IMG/VR virus record: IMGVR_UViG_3300037067_007264
Span: 81,488 to 145,487 of that record
Reading direction: 5' to 3' (one strand)
Source: a virus
Taxonomy: Duplodnaviria > Caudoviricetes
Length of the DNA stretch: 64,000 nt
Below are positions 1 to 11,030 of this stretch, piece by piece. The translations under genes were made by a program, and so were the position numbers. The notes under the pieces are model-generated. The model ran no database searches and was not told the DNA's origin. It was given only the letters and a program-made list of their open reading frames with translations. Within the stretch, counting starts at the first letter, position 1, and the number at the start of each line of letters is the position of its first letter.

Positions 1-199
1 GCCGAAGAGTTTTGGTGCCAACCTTTGCGGCTGACCTGAAGATCCGCGAGTATATCTCGACGGTATTCAACACCTTCGGGGTCGAGGTCAGGTTTGAAAC
101 GATCCGGGAGCACTTCCGTGGGGTACTAACTGAGTATGACTTCGAAAAGCCATCTGAAAACTTGGAGGTGCTCAAACGTCTTGACGAGATCTCCCGCAT

Positions 200-568
200 G
201 TGGCCGGATGTGCTTTGATGACTGATGACATCGAGTCCTACTGGGAAGGCCTACGCCCGCCGCGTAAACCAGGGAAGGATCCGCCCAAGGGCAGTGTCTG
301 TGACCATATCGATCCGACCAAGATCGAAGGTTACCACATTTCAGAAGATGCTCTGTACCTGCTCGAGGATCCAGTGGATGGGGCTACTGCCTCTGACTAC
401 CAGGGAGAGTCCTGCGTAGTGTTCAGACCCAGGTGGTACAAGCTGCACCGGTGGGTCTGGTGGCTGTTCATCACTGGAGGGTTACTCTCCTCATACGAGT
501 GGACCTTTACAGTGATAGACCTGAAGGTACATAAAGCCTATCGCCGAAGGAGAGAGTGGCCTGGCTAG
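200..568 (+). CDS. Hypothetical protein with N-terminal DDIESYW..RP tag (likely start ATG 218)
   Basis: ORF track; N-terminus MTDDIESYWEGLRPPR is shared with five other ORFs in the window. Confidence 0.6.
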   Translation: MAGCALMTDDIESYWEGLRPPRKPGKDPPKGSVCDHIDPTKIEGYHISEDALYLLEDPVDGATASDYQGESCVVFRPRWYKLHRWVWWLFITGGLLSSYEWTFTVIDLKVHKAYRRRREWPG

Positions 569-700
569 AGGTTTACTCCACGTATCTTGAGCCTCTCGGC
601 TCTGAACTATTAGCCAAAATCAACATACCCTCTTGGAATCCTCTGCAATAGGCTACCGGGCCAGTTATACCTAGTTCGAGATTCGGTGTAACTACATTCT

Positions 701-1150
701 ATGCCAACAATCGAAGTCGGTGAGTTTGATAAGGTATTCGTGGTAAGGCGCACGGAAACTCAGTTACCAAAGGGTTTTCAACAGGTAGTTGAGGTATCTG
801 AGGATGACTTGTTAGTTTTTGTTCAACAAGGACACCTGATGACTGATACCCCAATAGGTAAACCTGCTCGGGGTGCACCCAAGGCTCGAGTATTCATCGG
901 GGGTGACCAGATTGGTGTCCTGAACAAGGTTCGAGTGGAAGCCGATAGTGATAACCCACTTCCAATAATGGAGTTCTCCATTATCAGCCCTTTGGTTGAA
1001 GGACTCACAGAGAGCACTAGAAATTCTGTTCAAAAGAGTCTCGACAATTTGAAGAAGTTGTTACCGTTGGCAACTATCCATGAGATGGGTTTCAAGGGCG
1101 TTGAGCTCGCCACCCACGGAAGGGACTTGACCCTTGAGTCTGTACCCTGA
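701..1150 (+). CDS. Hypothetical phage protein
   Basis: 149-aa ORF; GGTGTA motif (685-690) lies 10 nt before the ATG. Confidence 0.7.
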   Translation: MPTIEVGEFDKVFVVRRTETQLPKGFQQVVEVSEDDLLVFVQQGHLMTDTPIGKPARGAPKARVFIGGDQIGVLNKVRVEADSDNPLPIMEFSIISPLVEGLTESTRNSVQKSLDNLKKLLPLATIHEMGFKGVELATHGRDLTLESVP

Positions 1151-1616
1151 GGATAAGTCTGAGCCTTTCATCTCGGTGAGAGGTTTGGTCTACAAGGGCA
1201 AGGGAGAACTGCCTCCTGAGAAGGCTCTTGTTGTGATCGTATTTGGGAAGCCCAAGGTCTTGATGTATATCGGGCCTGGACTCGACTTCATTTATGAAGA
1301 TGGTTACATGCAGAACCACTTCGAAGAAGATGTGGAGATTCATATCCCATCTGACGGTCTCTATATCTGGACTGGGCAGGTGGTGGAGCGTACCAGCTTC
1401 GCAGAAGACGAGGTAGAGTATTGGATTGAGGGGTCCTTCGAGCCAGCCTCAAGATCGCAGTGGGACAAGTATCTGGAAGGTACTCCACCTTGGGATACTA
1501 GCTTGTACTTAGTTGATTCACGCATTAGGGATCTACTTCTCGAGGAGTGCGAGGAGGATCACACTAAGGCCAAGCACTGGCCTCCAGATAGGTTCCACCG
1601 AGAAGAAGTGATCTGA
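1134..1616 (+). CDS. Hypothetical protein, paralog of 48658..49149, with C-terminal RF tag variant
   Basis: Shares PPxxALVV...YIGPGLD...EGxF...WDxSL with 48658..49149; ends PPDRFHREEVI. Confidence 0.7.
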   Translation: MSLYPEDKSEPFISVRGLVYKGKGELPPEKALVVIVFGKPKVLMYIGPGLDFIYEDGYMQNHFEEDVEIHIPSDGLYIWTGQVVERTSFAEDEVEYWIEGSFEPASRSQWDKYLEGTPPWDTSLYLVDSRIRDLLLEECEEDHTKAKHWPPDRFHREEVI

Positions 1617-1638
1617 CACCTTCGGTGTAGTCTGTCTC

Positions 1639-2358
1639 ATGGCTGATGTTGATGTAGAATCTATGAGGGCTGCCTTCGAGGAACTCGACCGCATTCCGTT
1701 TAGTTTTAAGGGTAAGTGCACTCAGGCCCGACTCATGGACGAGAACGATCCTGATGGTGCTGTAGCGCTAACGGATGATAAGGGTGTCGCTTATGTGATG
1801 ATGCCTCGAGAGGTCTACGAGGATATCCTCGAGTACAATAAGAATCGGGCTAAGGACACAGTAGAAGACAGTTTCACTCAGAATACTAAGATCAGGTCAG
1901 AAGATGACTATGATCTGACAGTTCATCGAGCAACAAAGCAAGATGCTGAAGACATCCATGCTTTTGGGATTACTATCCCTGAGATCAAGGTCAGCTCTCA
2001 AGTAGAGTTCATGAGCAAGGAGGAGCTCGAAGTCACACTTGAGAATCCCTGGGCTGTTGTTTTCTTCGCATGTGATAAGAAAGGAACTATTCAAGGCTTC
2101 TGCTTGGGGCAGACGGGTGACCCAGATCACTGTGACGACCCGACTCAAGCTTGCCTTGTATACCTTGCTGTGGCTGAGGAGTGGAGGGGATCAAGCCTAG
2201 CGGTCAAGTTGTACCAGGATGTCGTGGGCGAGCTCAAGAAGCGAGGTGTGACCTACCTCTATGCTTGGGCATGCCCAACGAGTGGGGCAGCAAAGTTCTT
2301 TGCTAAACAAGGGTTAGTACCAGGAAGAACTTGTGTTTGGATGGATACTAAGCTCTAA
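1639..2358 (+). CDS. GNAT-family acetyltransferase with an N-terminal extension
   Basis: Motif A-like YLAVAEEWRGSSLAVKL and motif B-like AAKFFAKQG; GGTGTA at 1624-1629. Confidence 0.8.
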   Translation: MADVDVESMRAAFEELDRIPFSFKGKCTQARLMDENDPDGAVALTDDKGVAYVMMPREVYEDILEYNKNRAKDTVEDSFTQNTKIRSEDDYDLTVHRATKQDAEDIHAFGITIPEIKVSSQVEFMSKEELEVTLENPWAVVFFACDKKGTIQGFCLGQTGDPDHCDDPTQACLVYLAVAEEWRGSSLAVKLYQDVVGELKKRGVTYLYAWACPTSGAAKFFAKQGLVPGRTCVWMDTKL

Positions 2359-2693
2359 CCCTGATTCCAAAGTGTCGTAGCTGTTGCACAGTCCACGTCG
2401 GTACACAGGTAAGTAGCTACAGCCATCACGTCATGCACCCAGAACTTGCCTGGCTCGTTCTGGTGAAGATCTGTGACGTAGGGGCCTTCATCCTGACCGG
2501 TACCCTCCTCCATAATTACCATTGCAATACGGGAGGTCTTACCACACTTCACACACTTGGTAGTCTCAGAGAACGGGCCCTGGTAACTGTTCTTGAGTCC
2601 CTTGGTTCCGTAGACCACGGATACCATTGGGCTCTTGTTGGCATTGAGTATCCTTCGAACTACTCTTTGAGCCGGATCAGACGAAAGCTTCAT
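2355..2693 (-). CDS. Hypothetical Cys-containing protein
   Basis: 112-aa ORF with CxxC; N-terminal QRVVRR resembles the 40114 and 40399 ORFs. Confidence 0.55.
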   Translation of the reverse strand: MKLSSDPAQRVVRRILNANKSPMVSVVYGTKGLKNSYQGPFSETTKCVKCGKTSRIAMVIMEEGTGQDEGPYVTDLHQNEPGKFWVHDVMAVATYLCTDVDCATATTLWNQG

Positions 2694-3524
2694 AGAGAAG
2701 ATTGGTCAAAAGAGGATTAGCTACAGGACTGTCAATTCAAGTTCAAGTCCTCTATTCGAGTCATATGCTGCAATTTTCCCAACCAAGACCGTCAATCAAC
2801 TCTAGGGCTGCCTTTGCATCCCGAACTTGCTTCACCGTTGGAGTCTGTTCGCACCCGGCGGTCTCCGCCCAAGCATCCCTCCCAATGGCCATATCAGCAA
2901 AAGGTACGAGAGCATCCCTAGCCGCCAACAGAGCACGCTCGGTAGTGCGAAGGGAGGTGATCCTTCTTGGATCTACTGGCTTTGGTTTTTTGGAGAACAT
3001 GGGTTCTTCCACCCCTCCTGTTGCCGTATTTGCATGATCTGATTTATTGAAAGGTTGGTGCTATCCCACCCTTGTTCCTGGCAGTACTTCTGGACGAAAG
3101 CATGACGGCCTTCGATCGTAGCCTTCATATCGTCAGCATCAGCCTGAGTTCCGGTAGTGATTGCAACTCCAAGGTTTCCTGGTAGCTTCACAACTGGCAT
3201 TTTTAGTTCCTCTTGTTGGTAAACGTCCCATCGTTTCCACTACCAAGGATCCCACCTCTGCTGAACTTTGCATTCCGAGGGGGTCCTTCAATATTCCCAT
3301 TCTCGATGGAACCCTGAACAATGAGCTCAGCTGCCTCAATCATTGAGAGACCGGTGGCCCAAGGTGGGTTAGCATTGTCGACACACCACTCTTGAAGCTT
3401 GAACTGGTTTTCATCACTCATGCGGCTAGCTTTGAAGTGAGGTACCCGCATGGGAAGCTTCTTACCTGTGAGGGACTCGAGAGCTTCCTTGAAATAATTG
3501 ATAGGAGAGAGTCCCCTTCGCTTG

Positions 3525-4103
3525 CTAGTCTTTTTCTTCATCATCTGGCCCTTTGCCGGGGAACATCTGAAGAGCTATTCGGAGTTGCTCTTCAGTCAGA
3601 TCTTGAAGGGTCACTGCGAAGCGGGTCCCCTTACCAATCTTGTTGTAGCAGTTGATCCCACCCTTGTATCTTGGGAAGTCCTCGTGGAGTTTCTCGATGG
3701 CCTGAAAGCGAGCGGTCTCCTCTTCCTTGAGAGTCTCCCTTCGCTGAATGGCCCTCTTCACCCAATCCTGTTGTCGCTTGACTTCGACCATGAGCTCATC
3801 TTCCAAGTTTGGAAGATCTTCCTCAATGGTTGTTCCGCGATAGAGTATATCTCCATCTCGAGAAATTCGAATGGTTTCGAAGATGAACAGCAACTTCGAT
3901 GGTTTGTCACCAGGTTCATTCTGCTCACGAATCTCGAGAGCCCTATACAACTCAGGGTCTTTCACCACGAGTATGTACCAGTACCAATTGATGGCTAGTT
4001 CCGATTCAGTGCCTAGTCCAGCGAGCTTGGCCTGGATCAAGAATAGGGCATCTTTCGCTCGAACAGCAACTTCTCTTGTTGAGTAGCCTTTTGGGGTATC
4101 CAT
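3525..4103 (-). CDS. Hypothetical protein, distant paralog of 16682..17362
   Basis: EEET...L.E[ED]FP.Y...[EQ][IL]R.[AI]L pattern shared; TGAGAA-N14-CGTA upstream. Confidence 0.6.
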   Translation of the reverse strand: MDTPKGYSTREVAVRAKDALFLIQAKLAGLGTESELAINWYWYILVVKDPELYRALEIREQNEPGDKPSKLLFIFETIRISRDGDILYRGTTIEEDLPNLEDELMVEVKRQQDWVKRAIQRRETLKEEETARFQAIEKLHEDFPRYKGGINCYNKIGKGTRFAVTLQDLTEEQLRIALQMFPGKGPDDEEKD

Positions 4104-4229
4104 TAGTGAGTCCTTGGCATAGATCCATCCTATATCAGGTTTCTAACACTCTGCGCACCTGATATTACGAACGAACTCACTGATTCTCACTAGAATAATT
4201 CAGAAACTAATCACCGGCCCTAGGTTCAA

Positions 4230-4889
4230 CTAATCTTCGAACTCGAGTCCAGCAACTTGATTGTCCTGAATATCTACTCTTATCGGCTTCTTGCAGAGGA
4301 TCACATTCTTGGGAGCGACCCATACGGCAAAGGAATTGCGGAGGGTGGTTTCTAAGGCCCCAAGGCCTCCAAGAACCTCAGGAGGTAGGTCAATTCCTGG
4401 TAGCTCACTGAGGAAGCTGTACTGGGCAACCCAGGGGAGGTCAACCAAAGAGCTCCACGCACACTCGTAGATGGATTCGGCAAGGGGGGTTATCCTGCTG
4501 GACCACAGGGAGTCTAACAAGGTGTTGTTCAAGGATTTGGTAATTGAATTGAGCAGCCTGTCAGAGAGTGAAAGCCAATAGATAGGCGATAACTCTATGG
4601 AATCTCGTAGAGCGTGGGTAAAGATCTGTATCCGACCGAGGCTCTTGTAGAAGGCTCGGCACTTCTCTGGGTTGGAAAACCACTTGACCTCGTATCCGGT
4701 GATGTCACTGACGTGAATAGCCCCGTTGTTTGGTAAGTTATCAATCAGATCGTGGATAGCTTCAGTGGCAAAGTCCACGTTGGTCTCAGTAGAAGTGGCG
4801 AATCTGAAGAAGTCTTGCCTGAAAGTGGCCAAGCGGCTGGCTTGTTGAGAGGTCAAAGAGTCAAGCTTCTTGGTGAACTCGTAGTACAT
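4230..4889 (-). CDS. Hypothetical protein
   Basis: Long ORF; GGTGTA (4901-4906, minus) lies 11 nt before ATG 4889. Confidence 0.65.
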   Translation of the reverse strand: MYYEFTKKLDSLTSQQASRLATFRQDFFRFATSTETNVDFATEAIHDLIDNLPNNGAIHVSDITGYEVKWFSNPEKCRAFYKSLGRIQIFTHALRDSIELSPIYWLSLSDRLLNSITKSLNNTLLDSLWSSRITPLAESIYECAWSSLVDLPWVAQYSFLSELPGIDLPPEVLGGLGALETTLRNSFAVWVAPKNVILCKKPIRVDIQDNQVAGLEFED

Positions 4890-5653
4890 TGGGAGCACCC
4901 TACACCGAGTGTGACAGTTTTGTCACCAAAAGATTGACAATCTGGTGTACACTGCTTCATGCCATTGACTGTCCGAAATCTTCTTGACCACCCAGAACGT
5001 AGGTCTGAACTATACCCTGAGCCGGATAATTGTGTTGAGTGTGGGCAACCGATCTCGGAGTTTGTCACTGGGCATGAGCCGATTGGCAAGAAACCCGCTC
5101 AAGAGCCAGAGGAAACGTGATCTACCTCATCCCGCCGGTACCGACTCAAGAACCCAAGTGGCGTATTCGAGCTGAATCAACCAAGCTATCCAGTTCCTTT
5201 ATCCTCCGTGATGAAGTAGCGAAGATTTTTTCTGATAATGGGGTTCCAGTCATCCCATTAGGTAAGCCCCCAAGTGGTGCCACCGAAGAAGCTTTGGTTG
5301 CTGCCATGGACGAGATAGACACTCGTCACATTAAACTGAGTAGACGGTTACTCAGCGAGCTGAGGTTCGAACTCCTAGGGGCTAGGTCTAGGATCCAATG
5401 GCCCCAAGTAATAATAGACTGCCGCCGAGCAGCAGTAGATGTTGTAGAGGCTCAGAATCGATACGAAGAGTTGCATGAGAAGGTAATGGAGTACGCCATG
5501 GATCAGTTAGGTCTCAATGAGCTAACCTGTATCCTAGTTGAAGGCCTTCACGAGTGTATCAAGAGCCCAACCCGGCAGTGCTTGTACGATGATGAAGAGG
5601 ATCCTAGCCACGATGATTGCCTCGTGTGCGGAGAGCCTGAAGAGCGGAAATGA

Positions 5654-6127
5654 TTAGAAGGCCCCTAGATCCTCAAGTGATGTGAGTTGGGCTAGGATCT
5701 TGTTCTTGTATCTCGGGTCGTAGGTGACTTCCATGGCTCCAGAAGTCCAAGGAGGAAGCTCAAAGGTATCCGCTTCCTCTATTGAATCAAACTCGCACTC
5801 GAGGGTAACTAGTCCATCCAAGGTATCGAGATAAGTGTCTATTTCAAGAGACTTATTTTGGTACCCGACGGTCATCCTAAGTTTTCTTAGTGAGTGAGTA
5901 ACCTGGGGCCAGAGTGAATCAAAGACCCAAGAGGGTATCTGCGAGTTCCACTCAGGTCTCTCGATGTCCCCATCACCCTTCACAGTCATCATGAAGGTAT
6001 TGTCCTGCCTGCGTAGCCTGAGCTCTGGGTCCCCTGTTAGGAGGTATCCTTGCTCAATCAATGAGGAATGACCGTGAAGTTCTCCCGGAACAAACCTCAA
6101 TCTCCACTTACGTTCGATTTCTGACAT
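5654..6127 (-). CDS. CYTH-domain (adenylate cyclase/triphosphatase-like) protein
   Basis: N-terminal EIERKW (ExExK), IEQGYL, LRLR, EID, ExEF and EVT.D.RYKN are CYTH hallmarks. Confidence 0.9.
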   Translation of the reverse strand: MSEIERKWRLRFVPGELHGHSSLIEQGYLLTGDPELRLRRQDNTFMMTVKGDGDIERPEWNSQIPSWVFDSLWPQVTHSLRKLRMTVGYQNKSLEIDTYLDTLDGLVTLECEFDSIEEADTFELPPWTSGAMEVTYDPRYKNKILAQLTSLEDLGAF

Positions 6128-6913
6128 CCCGATCTTAGTACACCGGAATGGTAGAACTCAGTCGCATTGAAGACTGATTGGTCTTCTACTTCAGGGATTG
6201 GATCATAAATAGTATGATCCCCAGCGGACTCATACTTCTCCTCGAGCTCAGCCATGCTCATGACGATTGCAGGACCTCGAGGAACCTGAATAAGCCGGAC
6301 CTTGGTTGTTTCAGCCGATCCATACATCTTGAGGCATTGAACCCAAAGTCTCGGGTAAGGTTCTCGCTCGGCTCCCTTAAGCTTCAGAAAGATCCCATGT
6401 CTGAACCAAGTAGGTGGGAAGTAGCGTGTTGAAGTGTCGACTCTCAGGTCTACTCGGATCATGCTCTGATCCCTATCCTCTTTTGAGCTCTTCGTCTACC
6501 CTCAAACTGGGACCCGTGGGGTTATCTCACTACCAACGAAGACTTCTCGGTCTAGGAGTCGAGGTTCTTCAGACACACCCAACCCATTGGCCAACTCCTG
6601 TTCGATGGTGTTCTGATCCTCTTCGGACAAGGCTCGCCAATGAGAATCCAATCGTTCGACAAACTTGGACTCCTCTTCTTGTGAGAGGCTTCCTCCCGCT
6701 TCTGCGCGAGCCAGGTGCAACTCAATCATTTCTCGACGGTAGTTTTCCAAGTGGGACACTTCAGTCCTTACTACACCCCAAAAGGTGAAACCCACCAGGG
6801 AACTACTACTGGTGGGTTTCTCTTGCAGTCGTTTGTTTCAATCACCCAAAAAGAAAGCTTGAGACTAATAGTTACATGGTAAGCCCTAGGGAGTCAATCC
6901 TTCAACTTGATAA

Positions 6914-6942
6914 TTGACACGATTTGGAGGATGATGTAGGAT
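6914..6942 (+). promoter_or_regulatory. Sigma70-type promoter for a candidate small RNA
   Basis: TTGACA (6914-6919), 17 nt, TAGGAT (6937-6942). Confidence 0.65.
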
Positions 6943-6948
6943 ATAGTT

Positions 6949-7050
6949 CTGTGTGGTGATGTCCTAGCATTTCACCACACATCTTGTGGACTGAGCTGAG
7001 CAGGTTAGACGGCCCTGGGTTTGAGCATAGCCCGGGGCCGTTCCCTTTTG
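6949..7050 (+). ncRNA. Candidate small RNA A (5' hairpin plus conserved bulged 3' stem and U tract)
   Basis: TGTGTGGTGA/TCACCACACA hairpin; AGGTTAGACGGCC...GGCCGTTCCCTTTT; no ORF. Confidence 0.45.
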
Positions 7051-7320
7051 TCTTATGTGGTGTACTTAGAAGATGGAGGCTCTTATGAGCATTATCTTTT
7101 CTTCTGAATGCAAAGCTAGTTTTGAACCTGAACCTGAGTTGGGGGAGCCAAGACGAAAAGCACGAAGGAAAGGGAGGCCTCGAAAGGGAGAAGACAAAGA
7201 TCTTAAGTCTTCAATTCGTTCGACTGCAGGAAGACTCGATGAGTTTGATGACGAGGATGAAGGCTACTAAGTTCTCCTGAGGGTCATGAAGAGTGTTCTT
7301 ATGAACACTCTTCAAGTACC

Positions 7321-7995
7321 ATGACTGAATTCAGAATCTACTACCCCACGGGTCTGATAGCTCAAATAGACTACTCACCCTCTCCGTTTCACTTCAACCT
7401 AATTCAGCCCTTGAGTAACCCTGGATTATTGGTCAACGGAGATCCAGGAGCCTACCCTCTTCAGAACCAGGCCCTTGATAAAGGTACCATTGAAGCTCTC
7501 ATCACTCTTGGGGCTCCCGGATCCAATCGTTCAGTGGTCTTCTTGGTTGATCAATGGCCGAGTCCTACAAAGTACGTTGGTATTGCCTTGGACGATCTCA
7601 ACCGTCCCTTAGCCTACTTATCAGTTGATGGTATAGGAACCATCCTTGGAGAAGGTCTTCCAAGTGGAGCTGCTAATGCCCAGGGAAGTCAACTCAAAGT
7701 TCGACTTTCGTACGACCTGAGTAGTCCTATATTCATGGGTGCAACTGCAGTACTACAAATTGGGGATATGGAACAAGAGCTTTGGGCGGTAGAGCCTGGG
7801 GTTGCCCCGGGTCTATTCCAACCCCAGTTCTTGGTGATTGGTTACCAAGTCCTTTCAAACTACTTGACCTTCAATGGTACCATCACCTGGGCGCAAACTT
7901 GTGATAAGGTAGACATAATTCCAGAGACTCCTGCAGAGCAAGAGGAGACTTCCACAGTTGGAATGCTTGATCAGCCCCTAGACTTCCCGATGTAA
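7321..7995 (+). CDS. Hypothetical beta-rich protein (possible LamG-like virion accessory)
   Basis: 224-aa ORF with LVIG...FNGTI near the C-terminus; 12-bp hairpin at 7287-7314 upstream. Confidence 0.5.
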   Translation: MTEFRIYYPTGLIAQIDYSPSPFHFNLIQPLSNPGLLVNGDPGAYPLQNQALDKGTIEALITLGAPGSNRSVVFLVDQWPSPTKYVGIALDDLNRPLAYLSVDGIGTILGEGLPSGAANAQGSQLKVRLSYDLSSPIFMGATAVLQIGDMEQELWAVEPGVAPGLFQPQFLVIGYQVLSNYLTFNGTITWAQTCDKVDIIPETPAEQEETSTVGMLDQPLDFPM

Positions 7996-8014
7996 TCTTG
8001 GTGTACTTCTTCTA

Positions 8015-8296
8015 GTGCTCACCTTCGTTGTTCATTGCAAACGGTCAGCATACGATGTCTATATCGGTCGACCAGGGCCTTGGGGTAATCCATTCTCCCA
8101 TCAGGAAGGCACTTTGGCCAAGTTCAAGGTAGCCGATCGGGACGAAGCAATCGACCGGTACGAGGCCTGGGTCAGATCCCAGCCCGAGTTTGTCCAACGA
8201 ATCAAACGAGAACTTAAAAGCAAGATTCTCGGGTGTTTCTGCATTCCGAACAGATGCCACGGGGAAGTTCTTGCGAGAATTGCTAACGAAGGCTAA
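8015..8296 (+). CDS. DUF4326-family protein
   Basis: DVYIGRPGPWGNPF and LGCFCxPxxCHGEVL signatures. Confidence 0.85.
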   Translation: MLTFVVHCKRSAYDVYIGRPGPWGNPFSHQEGTLAKFKVADRDEAIDRYEAWVRSQPEFVQRIKRELKSKILGCFCIPNRCHGEVLARIANEG

Positions 8297-9213
8297 AGTC
8301 TCGGGGTGGATATAAATGAAAACCTCAAGAAGCAACGTGAGCTTACCGCTAAACTTCTAGCTGAGCCTCTCGAAGGTGAGCCTCTCGAGTTGCTTGAGCT
8401 TGGTATTGAACTGGCTAGGTTAGTGACAACAGCAGATCAACACCTATCCGATGATGGAGACTACCCTGAAGCTTGGCTTAGTAAACCTAAACCACCAGCC
8501 CCCGATCCTTGGTGTGGGGGATCGGAGACGTAATGAAAGAGACGAGTGACTGCTAATGGAAGACAAAGAAGTAGAGATCTCATTAGATAGAAAAACTGAG
8601 ATCATCTTTAGGATGATGCAGAAGTGGGCACCTCGCTCGAGTGAAACGCTGGCCCAGGTGTTCCCAAATTGTGATTGGCCTGAGTCGATCCATAATTGCA
8701 ACCTACAAGAGTTCCTAACCACGGTCTTCAATGATAACCCGAAGGCGATCACTGAGAGAGGCATACCTTCAGCCGAAGCCTATGTGGGGGAGGTTAGGAA
8801 ACTTTTCTAGGGAATACCCTAGGAGAACCTTAGGCTGGCTATTGACATTCCTCATAAATTATGGTGCTATACGAGATTAGTAACCACTCGGATAGCTATG
8901 GGCGCTAGGTCAAAGAACACTTATAGTGTTAGGGCAACAGTTCAGGGTCAGTTTCGAGATCGGCAGATTGGGGTCCTTGGCGGGAAACCCTAAACGAAGC
9001 TGTCTTATCTTTTGTAGAGAAGTTGAAGAAACAAGGACAGGCAGATCGAATCCTGAAGTATCCAATGGTAGCTCGCAGGGCAACTATTGAGGATCAAATA
9101 GGGCATAACCTACCAATAGATGGTAACGGGGTTATTTACCGGCGCGATCTAAGTTTACAAGCTGGAATCTCATCCTTGCTCATAGCCCAAGGGTTGAACC
9201 TACCGGAGAATCA

Positions 9214-9894
9214 ATGAAGCACGTTCAGAAGATGCCTAAGTGGACATTCTGCGGGAAGCCCGTATCAAATATGGGTTCTGTCGTAGGTGTTGGAGAGGTA
9301 AGTCTGGAAGATCCAGACCTCTGTAAACTCTGTAAGAAGGGCATAATATCACTAGAGACTCCTAAGTCCACTAACCCCAACTTGAAGCATGTCCCTCGGA
9401 CAGCTAATCGATCCTTCTGTGGTAAGCTCCTCACAAGGGTAAAGAATCCTGTGAGTAAAGAAGAGGTCAATATGGAAGATCCAGACCTTTGTGGAACCTG
9501 TCGTCGAGGCGTAGGGGCTCCGAGCTTCTTCAAGATCTTACTTGTCTGGAGGCCTGAGAGACACGAGGAGGGGCTCTCTCGAGTCATTGAGGCACCTCGA
9601 GGGGTCAACCTATTCGCCAATGGTGTGGAGGTGGCCAGCATCATTGCCTATCGGGTACCAAGATCAGAATCAATTGAAGGACCTGAAAGCCCTCGATATG
9701 AAGGTTGGGTATGGAGTGCAGGAACTGAACCCTCTGAAAAGTTACCCTTCAAACTCCCCAGGGTCAACACTTGCAACCATCCAGTGGCAGACCTAGAGGT
9801 GGCCAAGGCCAAGTGTAAGGCTTGGGTAAAGAGGAAGCTCGAAGAAGCTCGAGAATCCTCCTCAGTTCAAAACTCTACCGTTGATGATGTCTAG
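9214..9894 (+). CDS. Two tandem H-x-CG-x-CxxC Zn-finger repeats fused to a domain shared with 10719..11030
   Basis: KHV...FCGK...EDPDLCxxC occurs twice; C-terminal PRG..L..NGV...GW.W...NTCN.P...LE.AK..C.A[WY]V. Confidence 0.7.
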   Translation: MKHVQKMPKWTFCGKPVSNMGSVVGVGEVSLEDPDLCKLCKKGIISLETPKSTNPNLKHVPRTANRSFCGKLLTRVKNPVSKEEVNMEDPDLCGTCRRGVGAPSFFKILLVWRPERHEEGLSRVIEAPRGVNLFANGVEVASIIAYRVPRSESIEGPESPRYEGWVWSAGTEPSEKLPFKLPRVNTCNHPVADLEVAKAKCKAWVKRKLEEARESSSVQNSTVDDV

Positions 9895-10718
9895 CTTACG
9901 GGTTAGACACAGTGGGGTCAGGTTCCTCTCCGTGGCCCTCACACTTACGGCAGGCTGGTTGTTGAGGGTCCCACTCATGCGATGGGTATGGGTTGACGTA
10001 ATCAGGGTCTTCTGGGTGAGGCTCTATTCCAGATCCACCACAGTGTTCGCAGTCACCAACCATGCTCAGATCCTCCCATCTTAAATAAGCGAGGTGAGGT
10101 GGGGGGTCATGACTTCCCCCCACCCTTACCGAACCGCCAATAAGCGGCCACCTCTACGGATTTCCAGACCGGTTCTTACCAACACCTGAACTGCCACGGG
10201 TACCTGCAGTCAAGAGCCATCGGTACTGAACTGAGACACACGGACCATCCAGCTTCCGAGTAAGCGGGTGCAGGACTGAGGGCATCTCATGACCACGACA
10301 CTACCAGACGAAAACAGACCCTGTCAAGACAGATTTGGTGTACCCTAGGCTAATGACCCCTAGGACGATTGACCTTGTTGGCGGACCGGACAAATTCCAA
10401 GAAGAATTGGAAGATCTGATCCGATTGTCAATGCCCCTTGAGAGGCGGTACCCGCTGGTACTTCAGTTCTTAGGGGACCCTTGGGATTATGAAGTCTACG
10501 TTTGGGAAGAACCCCTATGGAATGGTACCCCCAGAGGAGACATCATTCATTGTTGCTGGACCAAATGTAGGTTAGAAGTGGCCCATCGCAAGGATACTCC
10601 TCAAGATCAGGTATACAATGGGGAGCTGGTCAAGACCTACGGGGAGCCAGCCCAGCTCAGGGTTACGTTATTCACGGAAACTTGATGAGACCTTAGTCTC
10701 TCACACGTAGTACTGACC

Positions 10719-11030
10719 ATGGCAAAGAAGAAGTATCGCCTTACTTGGAGTAGAGAGCCAAATGAACAGGGTTTGGCCAGCGTCAGTCAAGGACCTCGAG
10801 GTGCTGTCCTCAAGGTCAATGGTGTTCGAGTTGGTCATGTATATGCTAACAGCATAGGTTTCCACGACTACAAGGGTTGGTATTGGGTAGCTCGTCACGG
10901 GGGCGCCGATGGTGACCCAACCATCCCTGAGATCCCCCTCAAGAACACCTGCAATACTCCAACCAAAGAGCTTGAAGACGCCAAGAAGGCGTGCGAAGCC
11001 TATGTTCGAGGGGTCTTAGATAAGGCCTGA
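10719..11030 (+). CDS. Hypothetical protein, stand-alone paralog of the 9214 C-terminal domain
   Basis: Similarity to the 9214 and 22778 ORFs; TGAGAC-N14-CGTA promoter at 10686-10709. Confidence 0.75.
   Translation: MAKKKYRLTWSREPNEQGLASVSQGPRGAVLKVNGVRVGHVYANSIGFHDYKGWYWVARHGGADGDPTIPEIPLKNTCNTPTKELEDAKKACEAYVRGVLDKA

Noticed and set aside
8898-9217. Programmed -1 frameshift at GGGAAAC joining a short ORF (ATG 8898) to 9023..9217
   Set aside because: The heptamer is not in the X XXY YYZ phase of the upstream ORF; a simple frameshift mutation or assembly error is as likely.
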